Assembly (NCBI GenBank): GCA_964016885.1
Contig: OZ024744.1
Span: 129,456,001 to 129,520,000, forward strand
DNA length: 64,000 bases
DNA from: Eledone cirrhosa
Lineage: Eukaryota
Direction of reading: 5' to 3'
Below the pieces are notes generated by a model. It saw only the letters and a program-made list of their open reading frames with translations, made no database searches and was not told where the DNA came from. This document shows positions 26,001 to 37,439 of this stretch, one piece after another. A program made the position numbers and the translations under genes. Every line of letters begins with the position of its first letter. Position 1 is the stretch's first letter.

Positions 26001-29000
26001 GGTTACATTAAGTTGAGGTTAAGTTAAGTTGGGGTTAAGTTAAGTTGGGTTTAAGTTAAGTTGGGGCTAAGTTAAGTTAGGGCTAAGTTAAGTTGGGGCT
26101 GAGTTAAGTTGGGGTTAAGTTAAGTTGGGGTTGAGTTAAGTTGGGGTTAAGTTAAGTTGGGGTTAAGTTAAGTTGGGGTTAAGTTAAGTTGGGGCTGAGT
26201 TAAGTTGGGATTACGTTAAGTTGGGGTTAAGGTAAGTTGGGGTTAAGTTAAGTTGGGGTTAAGTTAAGTTGGTGTTAAGTTAAGTTGGGGCTGAGTTAAG
26301 TTGGGGCTAAGTTAAGTTGGGTCTAAGTTAAGTTGGGGTTAAGTTAAGTTGGGGTTAAGTTAAGTTGGTGTTAAATTAAGTTGGGGTTAAGTTAAGTTGG
26401 TGTTAAGTTAAGTTGGGGTTAAGTTAAGTTGGGGTTAATTAAGTTGGGGTTAAGTTAAGTTGGGGTTAAGTTAATTGGGGTTAAATTAAGTTAGGGTTGA
26501 GTTAAGTTGGGGTTAAGTTAAGGTGGGGTTAAGTTAAGTTGGGGTCAACTTAAGTTGGGGTTAAGTTAAGTTGGGGTTAAGTTAAGTTGGGGTTAAGTTA
26601 AGTTGGGGTTAAGTTAAGTTGGGGTTATGTTAAGTTGGGGTTAAGTTAAGTTGGGGTTAAGTTAAGTTGGGGTTCAATTAAGTTGGGGTTAAGTTAAGTT
26701 GGGGGTAAGATAAGTTGGGGTTAGTTAAGTTGGGGTTAAGTTAAGTTGGGGTTAAGTTAAGTTGGGGTTAATTTAATTTGTGGTTAAGTTAAGTTGGGGT
26801 TAAAATAAGTTGGGGTTAAGTTAAGTTGGGGTTAAGTTAAGTTGGGGTTAAGTTAAGTTGGGGTTAAGTTAAGTTGGTTAGTTAAGTTGAGTTTAAGTTA
26901 AGTTGGGCTTAATTTAAGTTGGGGTTAAGTTAAGTTGGGGTTAAGTTAAGTTGGGGTTAAGTTGGGGTAAAATTAAGTTGGGGTTAAGTTAAGTTGGGGT
27001 TAAGTTAAGTTGGGGTTAAGTTAAGTTGGGGTTAAGTTAAGTTGCGGTTAAGTTAAGTTGAGGTTAAGTTAAGTTGGGGTTAAGTTAGGTTGGGGTTAAT
27101 TTAAGTTGGGACTAAGTTAAGTTGGGACTAAGTTAAGTTGGGGCTAAGTTAAGTTGGGGTTAAGTTAACTTTGGGTTAAGTTAAGTTGGGTTTGAGTTAA
27201 GTTGGGGTTAATTAAGTTGGGGTTAAGTTAAGTTGGGGTTAAGTTAAGTTGGGGTTAAGTTAAGTTGGGGTTAAGTTAAGTTGCGGTTAAGTTAAGTTGA
27301 TGTTAAGTTAAGTTGGGGTTAAGTTAAGTTGGGGTTAAGTTAAGTTGGGGCTAAGTTAAGTTGGGGCTAAGTTAAGTTGGGGCTAAGTTAAGTTGGGGTT
27401 AAGTTAAGGTGGGGTTAAGTTAAGTTGGGGTCAACTTAAGTTGGGGTTAAGTTATGTTGGGGTTAAGTTAAGTTGGGGTTAAGTTAAGTTGGGGTTACAT
27501 TAAGTTGGGGGTAAGTTAAGTTGGTGGTAAGTTAAGTTGGGGGTAAGTTAAGATGGGGTTAAGTTAAGTTGGGGTTAATTTAATTTGGGGTTAAGTTAAG
27601 TTAGGGTTAAGTTAAGTTGGGGTTATGTTAAGTTGGGGTTAAGTTAAGTTGGGGTTAAGTTAAGTTGGGGTTCAATTAAGTTGCGGTTAATTTAAGTTGG
27701 GTTTAAGTTAAGTTGGGGTTAAGTTAAGTTGGGGTTATGTTAAGTTGGTGTTAAGTTAAGTTGGGGATAAGTTAAGTTGGGGTTAAGTTAAGTTGGGGTT
27801 AAGTTAGGTTGGTGTTAAGTTAAGTTGGCGGTAAGTTAAGTTGGGTGTAAGTTAAGTTGGGGTTAAGTTAAGTTGGGGCTAAGTTAAGTTGGAGCTAAGT
27901 TAAGTTGGGGCTAAGTTAAGTTGGGGTTAAGTTAAGTTGGGGTTAAGTTAAGGTGGGGTTAAGTTAAGTTGGGGTCAACTTAAGTTGGGGTTAATTTAAG
28001 TTGGGGTTAACTTAAGTTGGGGTTAAGCTAAGTTGGGGTTAAGTTAAGTTGGGGTTAAGTTAAGTTGGGGTTACGTTAAGTTGGGGGTAAGTTAAGTTGG
28101 TGGTAAGTTAAGTTGGGGGTAAGTTAAGATGGGGTTAAGTTAAGTTGGGGTTAATTTAATTTGGGGTTAAGTTAAGTTAGGGTTAAGTTAAGTTGGGGTT
28201 GAGTTAAGTTGGGGTTAAGTTAAGTTGGGGTTATGTTAAGTTGGGGTTAAGTTAAGTTGGGGTTAAGTTAAGTTGGGGTTCAATTAAGTTGCGGTTAATT
28301 TAAGTTGGGGTTAAGTTAAGTTGGGGTTAAGTTAAGATGGGGTTAAGTTAAGTTGGGGTTATGTTAAGTTGGTGTTAAGTTAAGTTGGGGTTAAGTTAAG
28401 TTGGGGTTAAGTTAGGTTGGTGTTAATTTAAGTTGGGGGTAAGTTAAGTTGGGGGTAAGTTAAGTTGGTGTTAAGTTAAGTTGGGGTTAAGTTAAGTTGG
28501 GGTTAAGTTAAGTTGGGGTTAAGGTAGGGTCGAGTTAAGTTGGGGTTAAGTTAAGTTGGGGTTAAGTTAAGTTGGGGTTGAGTTAAGCTGGGGTTAAGTT
28601 AAGTTGGGGTTAAAATAAGTTGGGGTTAAGTTAAGTTGGGGTTAATTTAATTTGTGGTTAAGTTAAGTTGGGGTTAAGTTAAGTTGGGGTTAAGTTAAGT
28701 TGGGGTTAAGTTAGGTTGGTGTTAATTTAAGCTGGGGTTAAGTTAAGTTGAGGTTAAAGTTAAGTAGGGGTTAAATTATGTTGGGGTTAAGTTAAGTTGG
28801 GGTTAAGTTAAGTTGGGGTTAAGTTAAGTTGGGGATAAGTTAAGTTGGGGATAAGTTAAGTTGGGGTTAATTAAGTTGGGTTTAAGTTAAGTTGGGGTTA
28901 AGTTAAGTTGGGGTTAAGTTAAGTTGGGGTTAAGTTAAGTTGGTTAGTTAAATTGAGTTTAAGTTAAGTTGGGCTTAATTTAAGTTGGGGTTAAGTTAAG

Positions 29001-32000
29001 TTGGGGTTAAGTTAAGTTGGGGTTAAGTTAAGTTGGGGTTAAGTTAAGTTGGGGTTCAGTCAAGTTGGGGTTAAGTTAAGTTGGGGTTAAGTTGGGGTAA
29101 AATTAAGTTGGGGTTAAGTTAAGTTGGGGTTAAGTTAAGTTGGGGTTAAGTTAAGTTGGGGTTAAGTTAAGTTGCGGTTAAGTTAAGTTGAGGTTAAGTT
29201 AAGTTGGGGTTAAGTTAGGTTGGGGTTAATTTAAGTTGGGACTAAGTTAAGTTGGGACTAAGTTAAGTTGGGGCTAAGTTAAGTTGGGGTTAAGTTAACT
29301 TTGGGTTAAGTTAAGTTGGGTTTGAGTTAAGTTGGGGTTAATTAAGTTGGGGTTAAGTTAAGTTGGGGTTAAGTTAAGTTGGGGTTAAGTTAAGTTGGGG
29401 TTAAGTTAAGTTGCGGTTAAGTTAAGTTGATGTTAAGTTAAGTTGGGGTTAAGTTAAGTTGGGGTTAAGTTAAGTTGGGGCTAAGTTAAGTTGGGGCTAA
29501 GTTAAGTTGGGGCTAAGTTAAGTTGGGGTTAAGTTAAGGTGGGGTTAAGTTAAGTTGGGGTCAACTTAAGTTGGGGTTAAGTTATGTTGGGGTTAAGTTA
29601 AGTTGGGGTTAAGTTAAGTTGGGGTTACATTAAGTTGGGGGTAAGTTAAGTTGGTGGTAAGTTAAGTTGGGGGTAAGTTAAGATGGGGTTAAGTTAAGTT
29701 GGGGTTAATTTAATTTGGGGTTAAGTTAAGTTAGGGTTAAGTTAAGTTGGGGTTATGTTAAGTTGGGGTTAAGTTAAGTTGGGGTTAAGTTAAGTTGGGG
29801 TTCAATTAAGTTGCGGTTAATTTAAGTTGGGTTTAAGGTAAGTTGGGGTTAAGTTAAGTTGGGGTTATGTTAAGTTGGTGTTAAGTTAAGTTGGGGATAA
29901 GTTAAGTTGGGGTTAAGTTAAGTTGGGGTTAAGTTAGGTTGGTGTTAAGTTAAGTTGGCGGTAAGTTAAGTTGGGTGTAAGTTAAGTTGGTGTTAAGTTA
30001 TGTTGGGGTTAAGTTAAGTTGGGGTTAAGTTAAGTTGGGTTTAAGTTAAGTTGGGGCTAAGTTAAGTTAGGGCTAAGTTAAGTTGGGGTTAAGTAAAGTT
30101 AGGGCTAAGTTAAGTTGGGGTTAACTTAAGTTGGGGTTAATTTAAGTTGGGGTTACATTAAGTTGAGGTTAAGTTAAGTTGGGGTTAAGTTAAGTTGGGT
30201 TTAAGTTAAGTTGGGGCTAAGTTAAGTTAGGGCTAAGTTAAGTTGGGGCTGAGTTAAGTTGGGGTTAATTTAAGTTGGGTTTAAGTTAAGTTGGGGTTAA
30301 GTTAAGTTGGGGTTATGTTAAGTTGGTGTTAAGTTAAGTTGGGGTTAAGTTAAGTTGGGGTTAAGTTAAGTTGGGGTTAAGTTAGGTTGGTGTTAAGTTA
30401 AGTTGGCGGTAAGTTAAGTTGGGGGTAAGTTAAGTTGGTGTTAAGTTATGTTGGGGTTAAGTTAAGTTGGGGTTAAGTTAAGTTGGGTTTAAGTTAAGTT
30501 GGGGCTAAGTTAAGTTAGGGCTAAGTTAAGTTGGGGTTAAGTAAAGTTAGGGCTAAGTTAAGTTGGGGTTAAGTTAAGTTGGGGTTAATTTAAGTTGGGG
30601 TTACATTAAGTTGAGGTTAAGTTAAGTTGGGGTTAAGTTAAGTTGGGTTTAAGTTAAGTTGGGGCTAAGTTAAGTTAGGGCTAAGTTAAGTTGGGGCTGA
30701 GTTAAGTTGGGGTTAAGTTAAGTTGGGGTTGAGTTAAGTTGGGGTTAAGTTAAGTTGGGGTTAAGTTAAGTTGGGGTTAAGTTAAGTTGGGGCTGAGTTA
30801 AGTTGGGATTACGTTAAGTTGGGGTTAAGGTAAGTTGGGGTTAAGTTAAGTTGGGGTTAAGTTAAGTTGGTGTTAAGTTAAGTTGGGGCTGAGTTAAGTT
30901 GGGGCTAAGTTAAGTTGGGTCTAAGTTAAGTTGGGGTTAAGTTAAGTTGGGGTTAAGTTAAGTTGGTGTTAAATTAAGTTGGGGTTAAGTTAAGTTGGTG
31001 TTAAGTTAAGTTGGGGTTAAGTTAAGTTGGGGTTAATTAAGTTGGGGTTAAGTTAAGTTGGGGTTAAGTTAATTGGGGTTAAATTAAGTTAGGGTTGAGT
31101 TAAGTTGGGGTTAAGTTAAGGTGGGGTTAAGTTAAGTTGGGGTCAACTTAAGTTGGGGTTAAGTTAAGTTGGGGTTAAGTTAAGTTGGGGTTAAGTTAAG
31201 TTGGGGTTAAGTTAAGTTGGGGTTATGTTAAGTTGGGGTTAAGTTAAGTTGGGGTTAAGTTAAGTTGGGGTTCAATTAAGTTGGGGTTAAGTTAAGTTGG
31301 GGGTAAGATAAGTTGGGGTTAGTTAAGTTGGGGTTAAGTTAAGTTGGGGTTAAGTTAAGTTGGGGTTAATTTAATTTGTGGTTAAGTTAAGTTGGGGTTA
31401 AAATAAGTTGGGGTTAAGTTAAGTTGGGGTTAATTTAATTTGTGGTTAAGTTAAGTTGGGGTTAAGTTAAGTTGGGGTTGAGTTAAGCTGGGGTTAAGTT
31501 AAGTTGAGGTTAAAGTTAAGTAGGGGTTAAATTATGTTGGGGTTAAGTTAAGTTGGGGTTAAGTTAAGTTGGGGTTAAGTTAAGTTGGGGATAAGTTAAG
31601 TTGGGGATAAGTTAAGTTGGGGTTAATTAAGTTGGGTTTAAGTTAAGTTGGGGTTAAGTTAAGTTGGGGTTAAGTTAAGTTGGGGTTAAGTTAAGTTGGT
31701 TAGTTAAGTTGAGTTTAAGTTAAGTTGGGCTTAATTTAAGTTGGGGTTAAGTTAAGTTGGGGTTAAGTTAAGTTGGGGTTAAGTTAAGTTGGGGTTAAGT
31801 TAAGTTGGGGTTCAGTCAAGTTGGGGTTAAGTTAAGTTGGGGTTAAGTTGGGGTAAAATTAAGTTGGGGTTAAGTTAATTGGGGTTAAATTAAGTTAGGG
31901 TTGAGTTAAGTTGGGGTTAAGTTAAGGTGGGGTTAAGTTAAGTTGGGGTCAACTTAAGTTGGGGTTAAGTTAAGTTGGGGTTAAGTTAAGTTGGGGTTAA

Positions 32001-32639
32001 GTTAAGTTGGGGTTAAGTTAAGTTGGGGTTAAGTTAAGTTGGGGTTAATTAAGTTGGGGTTAAGTTAAGTTGGGGTTAAGTTAATTGGGGTTAAATTAAG
32101 TTAGGGTTGAGTTAAGTTGGGGTTAAGTTAAGGTGGGGTTAAGTTAAGTTGGGGTCAACTTAAGTTGGGGTTAAGTTAAGTTGGGGTTAAGTTAAGTTGG
32201 GGTTAAGTTAAGTTGGGGTTAAGTTAAGTTGGGGTTATGTTAAGTTGGGGTTAAGTTAAGTTGGGGTTAAGTTAAGTTGGGGTTCAATTAAGTTGGGGTT
32301 AAGTTAAGTTGGGGGTAAGATAAGTTGGGGTTAGTTAAGTTGGGGTTAAGTTAAGTTGGGGTTAAGTTAAGTTGGGGTTAATTTAATTTGTGGTTAAGTT
32401 AAGTTGGGGTTAAAATAAGTTGGGGTTAAGTTAAGTTGGGGTTAATTTAATTTGTGGTTAAGTTAAGTTGGGGTTAAGTTAAGTTGGGGTTGAGTTAAGC
32501 TGGGGTTAAGTTAAGTTGAGGTTAAAGTTAAGTAGGGGTTAAATTATGTTGGGGTTAAGTTAAGTTGGGGTTAAGTTAAGTTGGGGTTAAGTTAAGTTGG
32601 GGATAAGTTAAGTTGGGGATAAGTTAAGTTGGGGTTAAG

Positions 32640-35600
32640 TTAAGTTGGGGTTACGTTAAGTTGGGGGTAAGTTAAGTTGGTGGTAAGTTAAGTTGGGGGT
32701 AAGTTAAGATGGGGTTAAGTTAAGTTGGGGTTAATTTAATTTGGGGTTAAGTTAAGTTAGGGTTAAGTTAAGTTGGGGTTGAGTTAAGTTGGGGTTAAGT
32801 TAAGTTGGGGTTATGTTAAGTTGGGGTTAAGTTAAGTTGGGGTTAAGTTAAGTTGGGGTTCAATTAAGTTGCGGTTAATTTAAGTTGGGGTTAAGTTAAG
32901 TTGGGGTTAAGTTAAGATGGGGTTAAGTTAAGTTGGGGTTATGTTAAGTTGGTGTTAAGTTAAGTTGGGGTTAAGTTAAGTTGGGGTTAAGTTAGGTTGG
33001 TGTTAATTTAAGTTGGGGGTAAGTTAAGTTGGGGGTAAGTTAAGTTGGTGTTAAGTTAAGTTGGGGTTAAGTTAAGTTGGGGTTAAGTTAAGTTGGGGTT
33101 AAGGTAGGGTCGAGTTAAGTTGGGGTTAAGTTAAGTTGGGGTTAAGTTAAGTTGGGGTTGAGTTAAGCTGGGGTTAAGTTAAGTTGGGGTTAAAATAAGT
33201 TGGGGTTAAGTTAAGTTGGGGTTAATTTAATTTGTGGTTAAGTTAAGTTGGGGTTAAGTTAAGTTGGGGTTAAGTTAAGTTGGGGTTAAGTTAGGTTGGT
33301 GTTAATTTAAGCTGGGGTTAAGTTAAGTTGAGGTTAAAGTTAAGTAGGGGTTAAATTATGTTGGGGTTAAGTTAAGTTGGGGTTAAGTTAAGTTGGGGTT
33401 AAGTTAAGTTGGGGATAAGTTAAGTTGGGGATAAGTTAAGTTGGGGTTAATTAAGTTGGGTTTAAGTTAAGTTGGGGTTAAGTTAAGTTGGGGTTAAGTT
33501 AAGTTGGGGTTAAGTTAAGTTGGTTAGTTAAATTGAGTTTAAGTTAAGTTGGGCTTAATTTAAGTTGGGGTTAAGTTAAGTTGGGGTTAAGTTAAGTTGG
33601 GGTTAAGTTAAGTTGGGGTTAAGTTAAGTTGGGGTTCAGTCAAGTTGGGGTTAAGTTAAGTTGGGGTTAAGTTGGGGTAAAATTAAGTTGGGGTTAAGTT
33701 AAGTTGGGGTTAAGTTAAGTTGGGGTTAAGTTAAGTTGGGGTTAAGTTAAGTTGCGGTTAAGTTAAGTTGAGGTTAAGTTAAGTTGGGGTTAAGTTAGGT
33801 TGGGGTTAATTTAAGTTGGGACTAAGTTAAGTTGGGACTAAGTTAAGTTGGGGCTAAGTTAAGTTGGGGTTAAGTTAACTTTGGGTTAAGTTAAGTTGGG
33901 TTTGAGTTAAGTTGGGGTTAATTAAGTTGGGGTTAAGTTAAGTTGGGGTTAAGTTAAGTTGGGGTTAAGTTAAGTTGGGGTTAAGTTAAGTTGCGGTTAA
34001 GTTAAGTTGATGTTAAGTTAAGTTGGGGTTAAGTTAAGTTGGGGTTAAGTTAAGTTGGGGCTAAGTTAAGTTGGGGCTAAGTTAAGTTGGGGCTAAGTTA
34101 AGTTGGGGTTAAGTTAAGGTGGGGTTAAGTTAAGTTGGGGTCAACTTAAGTTGGGGTTAAGTTATGTTGGGGTTAAGTTAAGTTGGGGTTAAGTTAAGTT
34201 GGGGTTACATTAAGTTGGGGGTAAGTTAAGTTGGTGGTAAGTTAAGTTGGGGGTAAGTTAAGATGGGGTTAAGTTAAGTTGGGGTTAATTTAATTTGGGG
34301 TTAAGTTAAGTTAGGGTTAAGTTAAGTTGGGGTTATGTTAAGTTGGGGTTAAGTTAAGTTGGGGTTAAGTTAAGTTGGGGTTCAATTAAGTTGCGGTTAA
34401 TTTAAGTTGGGTTTAAGGTAAGTTGGGGTTAAGTTAAGTTGGGGTTATGTTAAGTTGGTGTTAAGTTAAGTTGGGGATAAGTTAAGTTGGGGTTAAGTTA
34501 AGTTGGGGTTAAGTTAGGTTGGTGTTAAGTTAAGTTGGCGGTAAGTTAAGTTGGGTGTAAGTTAAGTTGGTGTTAAGTTATGTTGGGGTTAAGTTAAGTT
34601 GGGGTTAAGTTAAGTTGGGTTTAAGTTAAGTTGGGGCTAAGTTAAGTTAGGGCTAAGTTAAGTTGGGGTTAAGTAAAGTTAGGGCTAAGTTAAGTTGGGG
34701 TTAACTTAAGTTGGGGTTAATTTAAGTTGGGGTTACATTAAGTTGAGGTTAAGTTAAGTTGGGGTTAAGTTAAGTTGGGTTTAAGTTAAGTTGGGGCTAA
34801 GTTAAGTTAGGGCTAAGTTAAGTTGGGGCTGAGTTAAGTTGGGGTTAATTTAAGTTGGGTTTAAGTTAAGTTGGGGTTAAGTTAAGTTGGGGTTATGTTA
34901 AGTTGGTGTTAAGTTAAGTTGGGGTTAAGTTAAGTTGGGGTTAAGTTAAGTTGGGGTTAAGTTAGGTTGGTGTTAAGTTAAGTTGGCGGTAAGTTAAGTT
35001 GGGGGTAAGTTAAGTTGGTGTTAAGTTATGTTGGGGTTAAGTTAAGTTGGGGTTAAGTTAAGTTGGGTTTAAGTTAAGTTGGGGCTAAGTTAAGTTAGGG
35101 CTAAGTTAAGTTGGGGTTAAGTAAAGTTAGGGCTAAGTTAAGTTGGGGTTAAGTTAAGTTGGGGTTAATTTAAGTTGGGGTTACATTAAGTTGAGGTTAA
35201 GTTAAGTTGGGGTTAAGTTAAGTTGGGTTTAAGTTAAGTTGGGGCTAAGTTAAGTTAGGGCTAAGTTAAGTTGGGGCTGAGTTAAGTTGGGGTTAAGTTA
35301 AGTTGGGGTTGAGTTAAGTTGGGGTTAAGTTAAGTTGGGGTTAAGTTAAGTTGGGGTTAAGTTAAGTTGGGGCTGAGTTAAGTTGGGATTACGTTAAGTT
35401 GGGGTTAAGGTAAGTTGGGGTTAAGTTAAGTTGGGGTTAAGTTAAGTTGGTGTTAAGTTAAGTTGGGGCTGAGTTAAGTTGGGGCTAAGTTAAGTTGGGT
35501 CTAAGTTAAGTTGGGGTTAAGTTAAGTTGGGGTTAAGTTAAGTTGGTGTTAAATTAAGTTGGGGTTAAGTTAAGTTGGTGTTAAGTTAAGTTGGGGTTAA

Positions 35601-37430
35601 GTTAAGTTGGGGTTAATTAAGTTGGGGTTAAGTTAAGTTGGGGTTAAGTTAATTGGGGTTAAATTAAGTTAGGGTTGAGTTAAGTTGGGGTTAAGTTAAG
35701 GTGGGGTTAAGTTAAGTTGGGGTCAACTTAAGTTGGGGTTAAGTTAAGTTGGGGTTAAGTTAAGTTGGGGTTAAGTTAAGTTGGGGTTAAGTTAAGTTGG
35801 GGTTATGTTAAGTTGGGGTTAAGTTAAGTTGGGGTTAAGTTAAGTTGGGGTTCAATTAAGTTGGGGTTAAGTTAAGTTGGGGGTAAGATAAGTTGGGGTT
35901 AGTTAAGTTGGGGTTAAGTTAAGTTGGGGTTAAGTTAAGTTGGGGTTAATTTAATTTGTGGTTAAGTTAAGTTGGGGTTAAAATAAGTTGGGGTTAAGTT
36001 AAGTTGGGGTTAATTTAATTTGTGGTTAAGTTAAGTTGGGGTTAAGTTAAGTTGGGGTTGAGTTAAGCTGGGGTTAAGTTAAGTTGAGGTTAAAGTTAAG
36101 TAGGGGTTAAATTATGTTGGGGTTAAGTTAAGTTGGGGTTAAGTTAAGTTGGGGTTAAGTTAAGTTGGGGATAAGTTAAGTTGGGGATAAGTTAAGTTGG
36201 GGTTAATTAAGTTGGGTTTAAGTTAAGTTGGGGTTAAGTTAAGTTGGGGTTAAGTTAAGTTGGGGTTAAGTTAAGTTGGTTAGTTAAGTTGAGTTTAAGT
36301 TAAGTTGGGCTTAATTTAAGTTGGGGTTAAGTTAAGTTGGGGTTAAGTTAAGTTGGGGTTAAGTTAAGTTGGGGTTAAGTTAAGTTGGGGTTCAGTCAAG
36401 TTGGGGTTAAGTTAAGTTGGGGTTAAGTTGGGGTAAAATTAAGTTGGGGTTAAGTTAAGTTGGGGTTAAGTTAAGTTGGGGTTAAGTTAAGTTGGGGTTA
36501 AGTTAAGTTGCGGTTAAGTTAAGTTGAGGTTAAGTTAAGTTGGGGTTAAGTTAAGTTGGGGTTAATTTAAGTTGGGGCTAAGTTAAGTTGGGGCTAAGTT
36601 AAGTTGGGGCTAAGTTAAGTTGGGGTTAAGTTAACTTTGGGTTAAGTTAAGTTGGGTTTGAGTTAAGTTGGGGTTAATTAAGTTGGGGTTAAGTTAAGTT
36701 GGGGTTAAGTTAAGTTGGGGTTAAGTTAAGTTGGGGTTAAGTTAAGTTGCGGTTAAGTTAAGTTGATGTTAAGTTAAGTTGGGGTTAAGTTAAGTTGGGG
36801 TTAAGTTAAGTTGGGGCTAAGTTAAGTTGGGGCTAAGTTAAGTTGGGGCTATGTTAAGTTGGGGTTAAGTTAAGGTGGGGTTAAGTTAAGTTGGGGTCAA
36901 CTTAAGTTGGGGTTAAGTTATGTTGGGGTTAAGTTAAGTTGGGGTTAAGTTAAGTTGGGGTTACATTAAGTTGGGGGTAAGTTAAGTTGGTGGTAAGTTA
37001 AGTTGGGGGTAAGTTAAGATGGGGTTAAGTTAAGTTGGGGTTAATTTAATTTGGGGTTAAGTTAAGTTAGGGTTAAGTTAAGTTGGGGTTATGTTAAGTT
37101 GGGGTTAAGTTAAGTTGGGGTTAAGTTAAGTTGGGGTTCAATTAAGTTGCGGTTAATTTAAGTTGGGTTTAAGTTAAGTTGGGGTTAAGTTAAGTTGGGG
37201 TTATGTTAAGTTGGTGTTAAGTTAAGTTGGGGATAAGTTAAGTTGGGGTTAAGTTAAGTTGGGGTTAAGTTAGGTTGGTGTTAAGTTAAGTTGGCGGTAA
37301 GTTAAGTTGGGGGTAAGTTAAGTTGGTGTTAAGTTATGTTGGGGTTAAGTTAAGTTGGGGTTAAGTTAAGTTGGGTTTAAGTTAAGTTGGGGCTAAGTTA
37401 AGTTAGGGCTAAGTTAAGTTGGGGTTAAGT
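32640..37430 (+). repeat. Third copy of the block at about 16.1-20.9 kb and 28.1-31.9 kb (offset 4580 from the second copy)
   Basis: GGGTCGAG 28531/33111, GTTTAAGGTAAG 29837/34417 and GGGATTACG 30808/35388 (offset 4580). GGGCTATG 20344/36849 (offset 16505 = 11925+4580). Confidence 0.88.
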
Positions 37431-37439
37431 TAAGTTGGG

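Larger units (their letters stand above)
8850..31880 (+). repeat. Large tandem duplication, period about 12.1 kb (copy 1 about 8850-20935, copy 2 about 20935-31880)
   Basis: Rare markers: TGGCTTT C at 8864/20949 and TTGATTT G at 9452/21537 (offset 12085). GGGTCGAG 9718/21867, TTGGGGTTTAG 10311/22460 and GTAAACTT 13351/25500 (offset 12149). GTTTAAGGTAAG 17912/29837 and TTCAGTC 19886/31811 (offset 11925). The offset steps match 64-bp and 224-bp indels. Confidence 0.92.
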
